Part shown: one piece after another, positions 39,649-49,359 of the stretch
Layout: every line of letters begins with the position of its first letter
How positions within the stretch are numbered: position 1 is the stretch's first letter
Translations under genes and position numbers: made by a program
Assembly (NCBI GenBank): GCA_044229975.1
Contig: JBGARZ010000021.1
Coordinates: forward strand, 64,001-128,000
DNA: 64,000 bases
Source: Polyangiales bacterium
GTDB taxonomy: Bacteria; Myxococcota_A; Polyangia; Polyangiales; Ga0077539
Direction of reading: 5' to 3'
Notes under the pieces: generated by a model
What the model was told of the DNA's origin: nothing
Database searches by the model: none
What the model saw: the letters and a program-made list of their open reading frames with translations, nothing else

Positions 39649-39885
39649 CGATGCGATGCTCCAATGGCGAGGAAGAAATTGGGGGGCGAACCTGACACCC
39701 CCGTTTGCGCCGAGTCAACGGTCGGCGCGCGGGCCTCGTCCGATCCCCTGTTGCTCCGGCGCGGCGCTCCGTTCTACCACCGGATGCTTCTCGCGGCGGA
39801 CTGAACCCCGCGCCGTGTTGGCGCAACGCACGCCTCCATCGTGCTCCTCCGCTCGTTGGCACCGCGACCCACCCCACAGCACTGA

Positions 39886-42390
39886 ATGCCCGCCATAGAC
39901 GTCTTGCATCCCCGGCCCGCCCCCGTGGCGATCAAGCCCCACGCCGCCTGGGCGCGGCCTGCGCTCCTCGCCATTGCGTTCGGTGCGCCGCTCGCGCTCG
40001 GCGGTGCTCCCCAGTGGACCGTCCCGGTGTTCGCCGTCCTGGGTCTCGTCGCGCTCGCGCTCACCGGCATCGATCGCGCGGTCGCTCCACGTGACCGCCT
40101 GCTCGTCGGGTGGTTGCTGCTGCTCGGGGTGCTCGGCCTTCAGCTCGTTCCGCTGCCGCCGGGCCTTCTCCAGCTCATCGACCCGGCGTCCGCGGCCGCG
40201 TCGGCGGGCGCCCTCGACCCGTTGCAGATCTCCCGCGCGCACTCCTGGCGAGCCCTGCACCACGACCCCGGCGGCGGCCTGTCCGACTTCGTCTACCTCC
40301 TCGGACTCGGCGCCGCGTACCTCGCCGCGACGCGCGTCTCCTCGCGCGAAGACGGCGACCGGGTGCTGCGCATCGTCGCCTACGCCGCGCTGCTCATCGC
40401 GGGCATCGCGCTCGCGCACCAGTTCACCGAGCAGGATCGGGTGTTCGCGTTCTATCGGCCGCGCGCCGCAGGGCCGCCCATTCTCTCCCCGCTGCTCAAC
40501 CCCAACCACCTCGCGGCCCTCACCGGGGCGGGCGCCATCCTCTGGTTGGGCTTCGCCGTCGCCGCCGATCGCGCCGCCGCGCGCACCATCGCCGCCGTGG
40601 CCGCCGTGACCTGCGGCGTCGTCTGCATGGTGTCCCTCTCCCGCGGCGGCGTCGCGGCGACCGTGGGGTGCATCCTCCTCTTCGTCGCGCTCAACGCGCG
40701 GCGGCCACCCTCCGAGCACGACGCGCCACGCAAGGGTCCGCAGACCTGGATCGGCCTCGCGCTCGGCGCAGTGATCGTGCTCGCTGGCCTGTATGTCGCG
40801 GCGACGTCGCTCAGCGACGAGTACGCGCTCGGCGGCGTGAGCAAGCTGGAGACCTTCCGTCGCGCGCTCGGATTGCTGCGCGCCCACTGGCTGCTCGGAG
40901 TCGGCTCGGGCGCGGTGCCCGTCGCGGTGGTGGCCTCCGGTCGCCTCGACCCCGACTTCACCTTCCTCCGCGTCGAGTGCCTCCCGGTCGACCTCGCTGT
41001 CTCCTTCGGCCTGCCCGCCGCCCTCGTGGCGGGTTGGTTCGTGGTGCGGGCCCTCCGTGACTGGTGCCCGCCGGGCAACGCCACGCCCGTCGTGGTCGGC
41101 GCGTGGTGCGCGATGCTCTCGCTCGTCCTCCACGACCTCGTGGACTTCTCGATGTTCCTCGGGGGCGTCGGCTACCCCGCGGCGCTGCTCGCCGGCTACC
41201 TCATGGCGCAGCGACTCCGCCGCTGGCGCCAACCATTGCCCCGCGGCCAGGCCGTGATGCGCGTCCCCGCGTTGGCGCTCCTCGCGCTCGGCCTCGCGCT
41301 CGCTCCCTTCGCGTGGCACTCGACGCTCGAACCCGACCGCGACCGCATGGAGGCGCTGCTGCGCTCGGACCCGTCGGCCCTCCACGGCGACGCCCTCCGC
41401 GGCGCCCTCACGCGCCACCCCTCCGACGCGTACCTCCCGCTCCTCGCGGGCGCCCACGCCGCCGCGCAAAACGACCCCGCGGCCCTGCGCTTCGTGGCCC
41501 GCGCGCTCGTCATCTCGCCCAACTGGGCGCAGCCGCATCTCCTGCTCGCCCGCACCTTCGCCGCGCGCGGGCTTCGCTCGCAGGCGCTGGTCGAGCTCCG
41601 CGAGGCGCTCTCCCGCTCCGCGTCGGTCATCCGTCCCGCCGCCGCGCTCGTCGGTCGCCTCCGCCCGCTGCCCTCCCGCGACGAGTTCGAGCGCATCACC
41701 CCGCGGGCTCCCTACGGCCTCAACTTCCTCGACGCCGCGACCGGCCACGAGGGCGTCACCGCGGAGTACCTCGCGGCCATCGACGAGGTCGCCCTCGGGC
41801 GCGACCCCACCTACCTCAACGCCCTCCGTCGTCGCTCGCAGGCCGCCGTGGCCACCGGGCACGACGATGAGGCGAAGGGCTACTGCGATCGCATGGTCAC
41901 CGGCCACCCGACGCTCGCCGACGGGTACCTGTGCCGCGGCACCATCCAGGCGCGGCAGGGCGACGACGTCGCGGCGATGCGAACCTTCGCCGCGGGCATC
42001 GCGCGGGCGTCCGACACCTATGGTCTGCAGATCGCCCGGGCCCGCATCTACGCCGCGCGCCGCGAGGGGCCGTCCATGCGCGAGGCCATCGCCGCCGCCA
42101 AGGAAGCTGCCGGCGCCGACACGCAGCGGCTCGTCGCGGCGTGCGGCATCCTCGGTGAACTCGAGACCTCCCTCGGCAATCACTTCGGGGCCATCGAGGC
42201 GTACGTGATGGCCCACTCCCTCGCGGCCCCGGACACGCCCTTCGTCATCGAGCTGTTGGAGGCGAAGGCGCGCGTCCACGATCGCGCGGGGGTCGAGCAG
42301 ATCTGCAGCCAGCTCGCCGAGGGCGGTCCGTTGAGCGCGCGGGTGATGCCGCACTGCAACCGCGGCGCGGTCGGCGACGCCGGGCCTTGA
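39886..42390 (+). CDS. O-antigen ligase/Wzy_C-like polytopic membrane protein with C-terminal TPR region
   Basis: Many TM helices; NPNHLAAL, SLSRGG, WLLGVGSG, LHDLVDFS; helical-repeat C-terminus. Confidence 0.78.
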   Translation: MPAIDVLHPRPAPVAIKPHAAWARPALLAIAFGAPLALGGAPQWTVPVFAVLGLVALALTGIDRAVAPRDRLLVGWLLLLGVLGLQLVPLPPGLLQLIDPASAAASAGALDPLQISRAHSWRALHHDPGGGLSDFVYLLGLGAAYLAATRVSSREDGDRVLRIVAYAALLIAGIALAHQFTEQDRVFAFYRPRAAGPPILSPLLNPNHLAALTGAGAILWLGFAVAADRAAARTIAAVAAVTCGVVCMVSLSRGGVAATVGCILLFVALNARRPPSEHDAPRKGPQTWIGLALGAVIVLAGLYVAATSLSDEYALGGVSKLETFRRALGLLRAHWLLGVGSGAVPVAVVASGRLDPDFTFLRVECLPVDLAVSFGLPAALVAGWFVVRALRDWCPPGNATPVVVGAWCAMLSLVLHDLVDFSMFLGGVGYPAALLAGYLMAQRLRRWRQPLPRGQAVMRVPALALLALGLALAPFAWHSTLEPDRDRMEALLRSDPSALHGDALRGALTRHPSDAYLPLLAGAHAAAQNDPAALRFVARALVISPNWAQPHLLLARTFAARGLRSQALVELREALSRSASVIRPAAALVGRLRPLPSRDEFERITPRAPYGLNFLDAATGHEGVTAEYLAAIDEVALGRDPTYLNALRRRSQAAVATGHDDEAKGYCDRMVTGHPTLADGYLCRGTIQARQGDDVAAMRTFAAGIARASDTYGLQIARARIYAARREGPSMREAIAAAKEAAGADTQRLVAACGILGELETSLGNHFGAIEAYVMAHSLAAPDTPFVIELLEAKARVHDRAGVEQICSQLAEGGPLSARVMPHCNRGAVGDAGP

Positions 42391-42490
42391 ACGTCCCCGA
42401 GGGGCGGGCGCAACGCATGGGTTCGCCGGTTGTCCCGCGGGGATGATCTGGTAGTAAGGCCGGACGAATGGAGACGCGCGAGTGACCGAG

Positions 42491-44815
42491 ATGGCGACGA
42501 GACCCACGGGTCCACAGGAGGCGCTGCACTCCCCGCTGGAGCAGGTCCGACAGCTCTGGAAGCACCGATGGATCGTGGTCAGCGGCATCGCCCTCGCCCT
42601 CTGCCTCGACGCGCTGTGGGTGCTCCGTCAGCCCAAGATCTACGCGGCCACCGCGGTGCTCCAGTTCGAGCCCAACCCCACGCGTCCGCTGGGTCGTCAG
42701 GTCGAAGAGCTCGACTCCTCCGGCGTCGGCTCGTACTGGAACATCCGCGAGTATTACGAGACCCAGTACCGCGTGCTGAAGAGCCGCGCCGTGGCCGAGG
42801 CCGTGGTGCGCCGCCTCGGTCTCCAGCACGACCCTGACTTCATGGGCGTGCCCGCCTCGCGCCGCGGGGCGTTCCGCTCGGTCACGGTCGAGCAGGCGGC
42901 CGTCGCGCTCGTCGGGCGGGTTCGGGTCGAGCCCGTGAAGGAGAGCCGCCTCGTCAACCTCGTGGTCGAAGACCGCTCGCCGCGACGCGCGAAGCTGCTG
43001 GCCGACACCGTCCTCGCGGTCTTCGTCGAGCGCAACCTGGAGCGTCGCCTCCAGGGCACCCGCGACGCGGTGCGCTGGCTCGGCAACCAGCTCCACGACC
43101 TCCAGGAGAACCTCTCCGGCTCCGAGGCCGCGCTCCAGACCTTCCGCCGCAACAACAACATCGTCTCCGAGAACTTCGCCGACCAGCGCAACATCCTCGG
43201 CAACCGCATCGGGCAGCTCACCGAAGCGCTCACCCAGGCGCAGACGCGGCGCTTCCAGCTCGCGGCGCGCGCCGCCGAGGTGAGCCGCGCCGAGCGCGAG
43301 GTGCTGCGCTCCCTGGAGGGCGTCTCCGAGGGGGGCGCCTCGGGCATGGCCATCGACGCCAACCTCGCCGACCGGGTGCGCTGGCGTTCGCGCGTGGGCA
43401 CGGCGATGTCCCAGCTCTCGGCGCCGGAGTTCCTGACCTCGACGGTGCTCAGCTCGCTGCGCACGCAGTTCGAGATCGCGCTCCGCGAGGAGTCGACCGT
43501 CGAGATCCGCTACCTCCAGCAGTCGCTCGAGCTGCGCGGCGCCCGCGCGCGCACCAACGCCGTCGTGAGCCTCTTCCGCGCCGAGGTGGCCAACATCCGC
43601 GGTGCCGCCGAGGCCGAGTTGCGGGGCTTGCAGCGCTCGGAGAACAGCGTGCGGGCGGAGCTCTCCTCCGCGCAGCACGTGGCGGTCGAGCTCAACCAGC
43701 AGGAGATGGAGTACTCGGGGCTCACCCGGGCGCGCGACAACCACGCGAAGATCTACGGCATCGTCCTGGAGCGCACGACGGAGGGCAACCTCATGCGCGA
43801 CCTCCAGGTCAACAACATGAGCGTGCTGGAGTCGGCGCTCCTGCCGACGGCGCCCATCAAGCCGCGGGTGCCGCTCACGCTCGCCCTCGGCGGCTTCGCG
43901 GGCGTCGTGCTCGGGGTGCTCGGCGCCATGGTCGCGGTGCTCGCCGACCGCACGGTGCGCTCGCGCGCCGACGTCGAGGAGGGCCTCCGTACGCCGGTGC
44001 TCGGGTCGCTCCCGATGGTGAGCAGCCGCGGCATGCGCAACCAGTACAAGTACCGCTACGGCGACACCCACGCGCCGGAGGGCCCGGTGGAAAACCTCGA
44101 CCTCGTGGTGCACTCGCACCCCGGCTCGATGATCGCCGAGCTCGCCCGCGGCATCCGCACCAACCTGCTCTTCATGTCGCCCGACAAGCCCTTCCAGATG
44201 CTCATGGTGACCAGCGCATCGCCGCGCGAGGGCAAGACCTTCACCGCAGTGAGCCTCGCCATCTCGCTCGCCCAGAGCGGCAAGCGCGTGCTGCTCGTGG
44301 ACGCCGACCTGCGACGCCCGCGCATCCACAAGGTCTTCGGCCTGCGTCCCCCGGTGGGGCTCACCAGCATCCTCATCGGCGAGGCCACCCACGACGAGGC
44401 GGTCTTCGAGACCGAGGTGCCCAACCTCTCGCTGCTCCCGTGCGGGCCCATTCCCCCCAACCCCGCCGAGCTCCTGCACAGCCAGAAGGCCAGCGAGTTT
44501 CTCGCCTACCTCCGCACGCAGTACGACCGCATCATCGTCGACTCGCCGCCCATCACGGCGGTCACCGACGCGCTCGCCCTCGGCCCGCAGCTCGACGGCG
44601 TCGTGCTCGTGGTGCGCATGCGCCAGACCCGCCGCGACCAGGCCGCGAGCGTGCTGCGTCAGCTCCGCGCGCTGGGCAGCACCGTCGCCGGCTGCGTGCT
44701 CAACGCCATCGAGCCCAACAGCGACGCGCCCTCGTACTACTACGCCGGCAGCTACGACTACTCGCCGCACCCCGCCGACCTGCCGAAGCCGCCGACGCCC
44801 GAAGCCCGGGCGTAG
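42491..44815 (+). CDS. wzc: Wzc-type polysaccharide co-polymerase / tyrosine autokinase
   Basis: Two TM with coiled-coil loop; PIKPR motif; TSASPREGKT, VDADLRRP, IIVDSPP; C-terminal Tyr cluster SYYYAGSYDY. Confidence 0.9.
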   Translation: MATRPTGPQEALHSPLEQVRQLWKHRWIVVSGIALALCLDALWVLRQPKIYAATAVLQFEPNPTRPLGRQVEELDSSGVGSYWNIREYYETQYRVLKSRAVAEAVVRRLGLQHDPDFMGVPASRRGAFRSVTVEQAAVALVGRVRVEPVKESRLVNLVVEDRSPRRAKLLADTVLAVFVERNLERRLQGTRDAVRWLGNQLHDLQENLSGSEAALQTFRRNNNIVSENFADQRNILGNRIGQLTEALTQAQTRRFQLAARAAEVSRAEREVLRSLEGVSEGGASGMAIDANLADRVRWRSRVGTAMSQLSAPEFLTSTVLSSLRTQFEIALREESTVEIRYLQQSLELRGARARTNAVVSLFRAEVANIRGAAEAELRGLQRSENSVRAELSSAQHVAVELNQQEMEYSGLTRARDNHAKIYGIVLERTTEGNLMRDLQVNNMSVLESALLPTAPIKPRVPLTLALGGFAGVVLGVLGAMVAVLADRTVRSRADVEEGLRTPVLGSLPMVSSRGMRNQYKYRYGDTHAPEGPVENLDLVVHSHPGSMIAELARGIRTNLLFMSPDKPFQMLMVTSASPREGKTFTAVSLAISLAQSGKRVLLVDADLRRPRIHKVFGLRPPVGLTSILIGEATHDEAVFETEVPNLSLLPCGPIPPNPAELLHSQKASEFLAYLRTQYDRIIVDSPPITAVTDALALGPQLDGVVLVVRMRQTRRDQAASVLRQLRALGSTVAGCVLNAIEPNSDAPSYYYAGSYDYSPHPADLPKPPTPEARA

Positions 44816-44818
44816 CGC

Positions 44819-45436
44819 TCAGCGGAACTCGAACGACGTCACCAGCTCGTCGAAGGCCGCGCCCGCCGAGGCCACCGTCGCGCGAGGCCCCGTCATCTTG
44901 AAGAACCACGGGCCGTTGGGGGTCTCCACGATGGCCGCGAGCAGCGCGTAGCCGTCGCGCGGCGCGGACGGTGCGGCGCCGGGCATGCCCATGCCGCCGC
45001 TGGCGAAGCGGCCCTCGACGCGGGTGACCGTGACCGTGAGCCCGTGCGACGTGCGGCTCTCGCGCGTGGCGACCGAGGCGCTCGGCCGACCGTCGGGCTG
45101 CTCGAACTGCCCGTACCAACGGGTCAGGTTGCTGTCGATCGACCCGCCCTGACCCGCGCCAAACCAGAACACCGTCAGCTCGCCGTCGGAGTTGGGCGTC
45201 GCGCCGGGGATGACGTACTGCGCGCGCCGCATCGACGACGACGGGGTGCCGCGACGCCACGCGGGCGGGTCGGTCCATCGCAGCGTGCCTTCGGCGGGGG
45301 CGTGCGCGGCCGGCATCTGGAGCGCCGAGGCGCTCGGGCGCGCGGGAGGCGGAGCGGTGGGCTCGGGTGCGGCGCCACGGCAGGCGGAGAGGACGAGCGC
45401 GAGCGCGAGCGGGCGGGCGAGGGAGGGGGTGTTCAT
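44819..45436 (-). CDS. Hypothetical lipoprotein
   Basis: Lipobox LSAC; GGSIDSNLTRWYGQF and WFFKMTGP blocks. Confidence 0.7.
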   Translation of the reverse strand: MNTPSLARPLALALVLSACRGAAPEPTAPPPARPSASALQMPAAHAPAEGTLRWTDPPAWRRGTPSSSMRRAQYVIPGATPNSDGELTVFWFGAGQGGSIDSNLTRWYGQFEQPDGRPSASVATRESRTSHGLTVTVTRVEGRFASGGMGMPGAAPSAPRDGYALLAAIVETPNGPWFFKMTGPRATVASAGAAFDELVTSFEFR

Positions 45437-45445
45437 GGCGGGCGT

Positions 45446-46654
45446 TCAGATAGCGCGGGTGCGACGACGACGACGAAGGAATCCGCCAGCGACCACGACG
45501 CCGAGCACTGCGCGGGTGCCCCACGGCGAGTCGCCCGCGCTCTGCGCGACGCTGCACCCGCAGCCGCCGAAGGGACCGGCGCGTCCGTCGAGGCGGTTCT
45601 CGCGGCCGCAGCGCCAGCCCTCACATCCGTTGTCGGCGTCCGTCGCGACGACCGGCGTATCGGTGGCGATGACGGGGACGTCCGTGGTGACGACGGGGAC
45701 GTCCACCGGGGGCTTGCCGGGGACGTCCACGCCGCGGTCTTCGATGATGTCGCGGGTCCATCCGATGTCGGTGGTGGCGTCGCGGCGCGGGCCGTCGAAG
45801 AAGCCCGCGTCGAAGCCCGCGTCGGTGCCGCCGTCGATCTCGCTGCGGCAGTCTGCGGTGCAGCCGTCGCCCGAGGCGGTGTTGCCGTCGTCGCAGTCTT
45901 CGCCGCGCTCGACCATGCGGTTGCCGCACATCGCGACGGTGCCGCGGCGAATCTGGAACTGCCACAGCCCCGCGGTGCCGACGTTGGAGGTGTTGCAGAC
46001 GTTGAGCACCTCGCGGGTGAACGACCCCGGGAGCGCGAAGTAGTCGCGGAGGTTGCCCGCGTCGAAGCCCGCCTGGGCGGGCGTTCCGCCGAAGCCGCCG
46101 GAGCCGCCGGAGGCGTCGCCGGTGGTCCACTCGCAGCGCTCGTAGCGAAACTCGACGTCGAAGTCGCCGGGGTTGCGGGCGCGGCGGTCGGTCACCACGA
46201 GCTGAAACGAGTTGGCGAGGTCGTCGTGCGAGGCGAAGTACCCGACGTTGTGCCAGGTCGTGATGAAGCGGCCGGGCTCGGTGTACCAGTACACGTTGTT
46301 GCGCTCGGGCATGCCGAAGCCGCGGGTGTCTACGTCGGCCCAGAAGGGCGCGATCATCGGCTGCGAGGCCACGGGGAAGGGCCGCGGGGTGTACTGGCCC
46401 AGGGGGTTGTCGAAGGTGATGTTGCCGTTGTTGTTCAGATAGAACGACCGGTACACGCTGCCGAAGAACCACAGCCCGTCGGGGAACTCCCGCTCGACGG
46501 AGATCACGCTGGTCGAGCCGTCGTCGTTGGGCGCGAGCACGTTGGGGCCGAAGCCCGCCGGGCCGCCGAGGCCACGGAGCAGCGGGATCGCCCCTCCGGT
46601 GGACGAGGCGAGCGCGACCGCGAGGCCGAGCGAAGCGAAGCGAAGAGGGTTCAC
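45446..46654 (-). CDS. Nidogen-like (NIDO) domain surface protein with Cys-rich repeat and MYXO-CTERM
   Basis: IAPFWADVDTR, NSFQLVV, EWTTGDASGG, AQAGFDAG; CGNRMVERGEDCDDGNTASGDGCTADCR; GGCGCSV-TM-RRRRR tail. Confidence 0.85.
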   Translation of the reverse strand: MNPLRFASLGLAVALASSTGGAIPLLRGLGGPAGFGPNVLAPNDDGSTSVISVEREFPDGLWFFGSVYRSFYLNNNGNITFDNPLGQYTPRPFPVASQPMIAPFWADVDTRGFGMPERNNVYWYTEPGRFITTWHNVGYFASHDDLANSFQLVVTDRRARNPGDFDVEFRYERCEWTTGDASGGSGGFGGTPAQAGFDAGNLRDYFALPGSFTREVLNVCNTSNVGTAGLWQFQIRRGTVAMCGNRMVERGEDCDDGNTASGDGCTADCRSEIDGGTDAGFDAGFFDGPRRDATTDIGWTRDIIEDRGVDVPGKPPVDVPVVTTDVPVIATDTPVVATDADNGCEGWRCGRENRLDGRAGPFGGCGCSVAQSAGDSPWGTRAVLGVVVAGGFLRRRRRTRAI

Positions 46655-46745
46655 GCGGCGATCCTGCTACGAGGGGAAGGCCGCTGTCGAACGACCGGCG
46701 CGCGACGGTTGCGCCGACGCACATCGTCCGCGTAGACACGTCCGC

Positions 46746-49304
46746 ATGCCGTACCGCCCGTCCGAAATCGAGCCGCTCTGGCAGGACCACTGGGACACGC
46801 ACCAGAGCTACGTCGCGAAGATCCTCCCTGGCGTACCGAAGTTCTATGCGTTGGACATGTTCCCGTACCCGAGCGGGAAGGGGCTGCACGTGGGGCACCC
46901 GGCGGGCTACACGGCGAGCGACGTCGTGTGCCGCTACAAGCGCGCCCGCGGCTTCAACGTGCTGCACCCCATCGGCTACGACGCCTTCGGCCTGCCCGCC
47001 GAGCAGCTCGCCATCGAGAAGGGCATCGCGCCGCAGATCTCCACCGAGGCGTCGATCAAGACCTTCCGCGGTCAGCTCAAGCGCCTCGGCTACTCCTATG
47101 ACTGGTCGCGCGAGGTCTCCACCGCCGACCCCAGCTACTACCGCTGGACGCAGTGGATCTTCACGAAGCTCTACGCGCGCGGCGACGCCTACGTGGGCGA
47201 GAGCTTCGTCAACTGGTGCGCGGCGCTCGGGACGGTGCTCGCCAACGACGAGGTCATCGACGGCAAGAGCGAGCGCGGCGGTCACCCCGTCGAGCGCAAG
47301 CGCATGTCGCAGTGGACGATGCGCATCTCGGCCTACGCCGACCGCCTGCTCACGGGCCTCGACGCCATCGACTGGCCCGAGGCCACCAAGACCGCGCAGC
47401 GCGAGTGGATCGGCCGCTCCGAAGGCGCCTACGTCGAGTTCGCGCTCGAAGGATCTGGCGAGACGATCACCGTCTTCACCACGCGGCCGGACACCCTCTT
47501 CGGCGCGACGTACCTCGTGCTCGCGCCCGAGCACGCGCTCACCGATGTGGTCACCATCGCCGCGCGTCGCGACGACGTGGTCGCGTACCAGAAGAAGACC
47601 GCCGCGCGCAGCGAGCGCGACCGGCAGGCGTCCAAGGAGAAGACCGGCGTCGACACCGGCGCGCGGGCGATCAACCCGGCCACGGGCGAGACCATCCCGG
47701 TGTGGATCGCGGACTACGTCATCGCGGGCTACGGCACCGGGGCGATCATGGCGGTGCCCGCGCACGACGAGCGCGACTGGGAGTTCGCGAAGGCGATGGG
47801 GTTGCCGGTGCGCGAGGTGATCGCCGGCGGCGACGTCGCGCAGGCCGCGTACGCGGGCGACGGCGCGATGGTGAACAGCGGGCCCTTCGACGGCACCGCG
47901 ACGGCGGGCGGCGAGGCGGTGCGCGCGGTGACGGCGTGGCTCGCGGAGAAGGGCGTCGGGCGCGCGTCGATCAACTACAAGATCCGCGACTGGACCTTCG
48001 CGCGGCAGCGCTACTGGGGTGAGCCCATCCCGGTGCTGAAGGACGGTGAGACCGTCGTGCGCGCGCTCCACCCCGACGAGCTCCCGCTGGTGCTGCCGCC
48101 GGTGAAGGACTACGCGCCGACGGGCACGGGCGAGTCGCCGCTCTCCCGCGCGGGCGACTGGATCGACGTGGACGACCCGGTGACGGGCAGGCACCTGCGC
48201 CGCGAGGTCGACACGATGCCGGGTTCGGCCGGGTCGAGCTGGTACTTCCTGCGGTACTGCGATCCGCACAACGAGGCGGAGTTCTGCTCGCGCGAGGCTA
48301 GCGACTACTGGATGCCGGTGGACCTCTACGTGGGCGGCGCCGAGCACCGCGTGGGGCACCTGATGTACTCGCGCATGTGGCAGAAGGCGCTGCACGCCGA
48401 GGGGCTCGTGCGCGACGAGGAGCCCTTCGCCAAGCTGCGCCACCAGGGGATGGTTCAGGCGCGGACCTTCTACGAGAAGGGCGATGGCGGGAAGTTCAAC
48501 CACCTCGTGGTGCCCGAGACCATCGTGCGCGACGACGACAAGACGGCGACCGTCACGGTGAAGGGCCGCGACGGAACCGTCGAGACCGAGGTGCGCTGGG
48601 AGAAGATGGCCAAGCGCAAGGGCAACATCGTCAACCCCGACGACGTCATCACGCAGTACGGCGCCGACGCGCTGCGCGTGTACCTGTGCTTCCTCACGCC
48701 GCTGGAGAGCGACAAGCCCTGGCAGACGAGCCAGCTCGAAGCGCAGTTCAACTGGCTGAAGCGCGTGTGGCGGCTCTTCTTCGAGGGCGACGAGGACGTG
48801 CTGCGCGCGCAGGACGTGGCCGCGAGCCCCGAAGAGCTGAAGGTCATCCACCGCGCGATCGACAAGGTCGGCCGCGACATCGAGGCGCTGAGCCTCAACA
48901 CGGCGATCTCGGCGCTGCACATCACGACCAACGAGCTCACGCGGTTGGGGACGCGCTCGCGCGACGTGCTCGGGTGGATGGCGCAGCTCGTGGCGCCGTT
49001 TGCGCCGCACCTGGCGGAGACGCTGTGGACGCGCGGCGTCGGCCGACCAGAGACCGCGGGCGGCATCGCCTACGTGGCGTGGCCGACGGTCGACGCGAAG
49101 TGGCTGGTCGACGACACGGTGACCATCGGCGTTCAGGTCAACGGCAAGACCGCGGGCACCATCGAGCTGGCGTTGGACGCCGACGAGGAGACGGCGGTCG
49201 CGGCGGCCAAGGCGCTGGAGTCGGTGGCGCGGCAGCTCGCGGGCAAGAGCGTGGCGAAGGTGATCTACAAGGCCGGGAAGATCCTCAACCTGATCGCGAA
49301 GTAG
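46746..49304 (+). CDS. leuS: Leucine--tRNA ligase
   Basis: MFPYPSGKGLHVGH, DAFGLPAE, CP1 editing TTRPDT and GTGAIMAVPAHDERD, RQRYWGEPIP, VQVNGK. Confidence 0.97.
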   Translation: MPYRPSEIEPLWQDHWDTHQSYVAKILPGVPKFYALDMFPYPSGKGLHVGHPAGYTASDVVCRYKRARGFNVLHPIGYDAFGLPAEQLAIEKGIAPQISTEASIKTFRGQLKRLGYSYDWSREVSTADPSYYRWTQWIFTKLYARGDAYVGESFVNWCAALGTVLANDEVIDGKSERGGHPVERKRMSQWTMRISAYADRLLTGLDAIDWPEATKTAQREWIGRSEGAYVEFALEGSGETITVFTTRPDTLFGATYLVLAPEHALTDVVTIAARRDDVVAYQKKTAARSERDRQASKEKTGVDTGARAINPATGETIPVWIADYVIAGYGTGAIMAVPAHDERDWEFAKAMGLPVREVIAGGDVAQAAYAGDGAMVNSGPFDGTATAGGEAVRAVTAWLAEKGVGRASINYKIRDWTFARQRYWGEPIPVLKDGETVVRALHPDELPLVLPPVKDYAPTGTGESPLSRAGDWIDVDDPVTGRHLRREVDTMPGSAGSSWYFLRYCDPHNEAEFCSREASDYWMPVDLYVGGAEHRVGHLMYSRMWQKALHAEGLVRDEEPFAKLRHQGMVQARTFYEKGDGGKFNHLVVPETIVRDDDKTATVTVKGRDGTVETEVRWEKMAKRKGNIVNPDDVITQYGADALRVYLCFLTPLESDKPWQTSQLEAQFNWLKRVWRLFFEGDEDVLRAQDVAASPEELKVIHRAIDKVGRDIEALSLNTAISALHITTNELTRLGTRSRDVLGWMAQLVAPFAPHLAETLWTRGVGRPETAGGIAYVAWPTVDAKWLVDDTVTIGVQVNGKTAGTIELALDADEETAVAAAKALESVARQLAGKSVAKVIYKAGKILNLIAK

Positions 49305-49359
49305 TCCCGGCCCCGACCTTGCGTATGTCCAAAGCGGGGTTACATCCAGCGCCCCGCTC

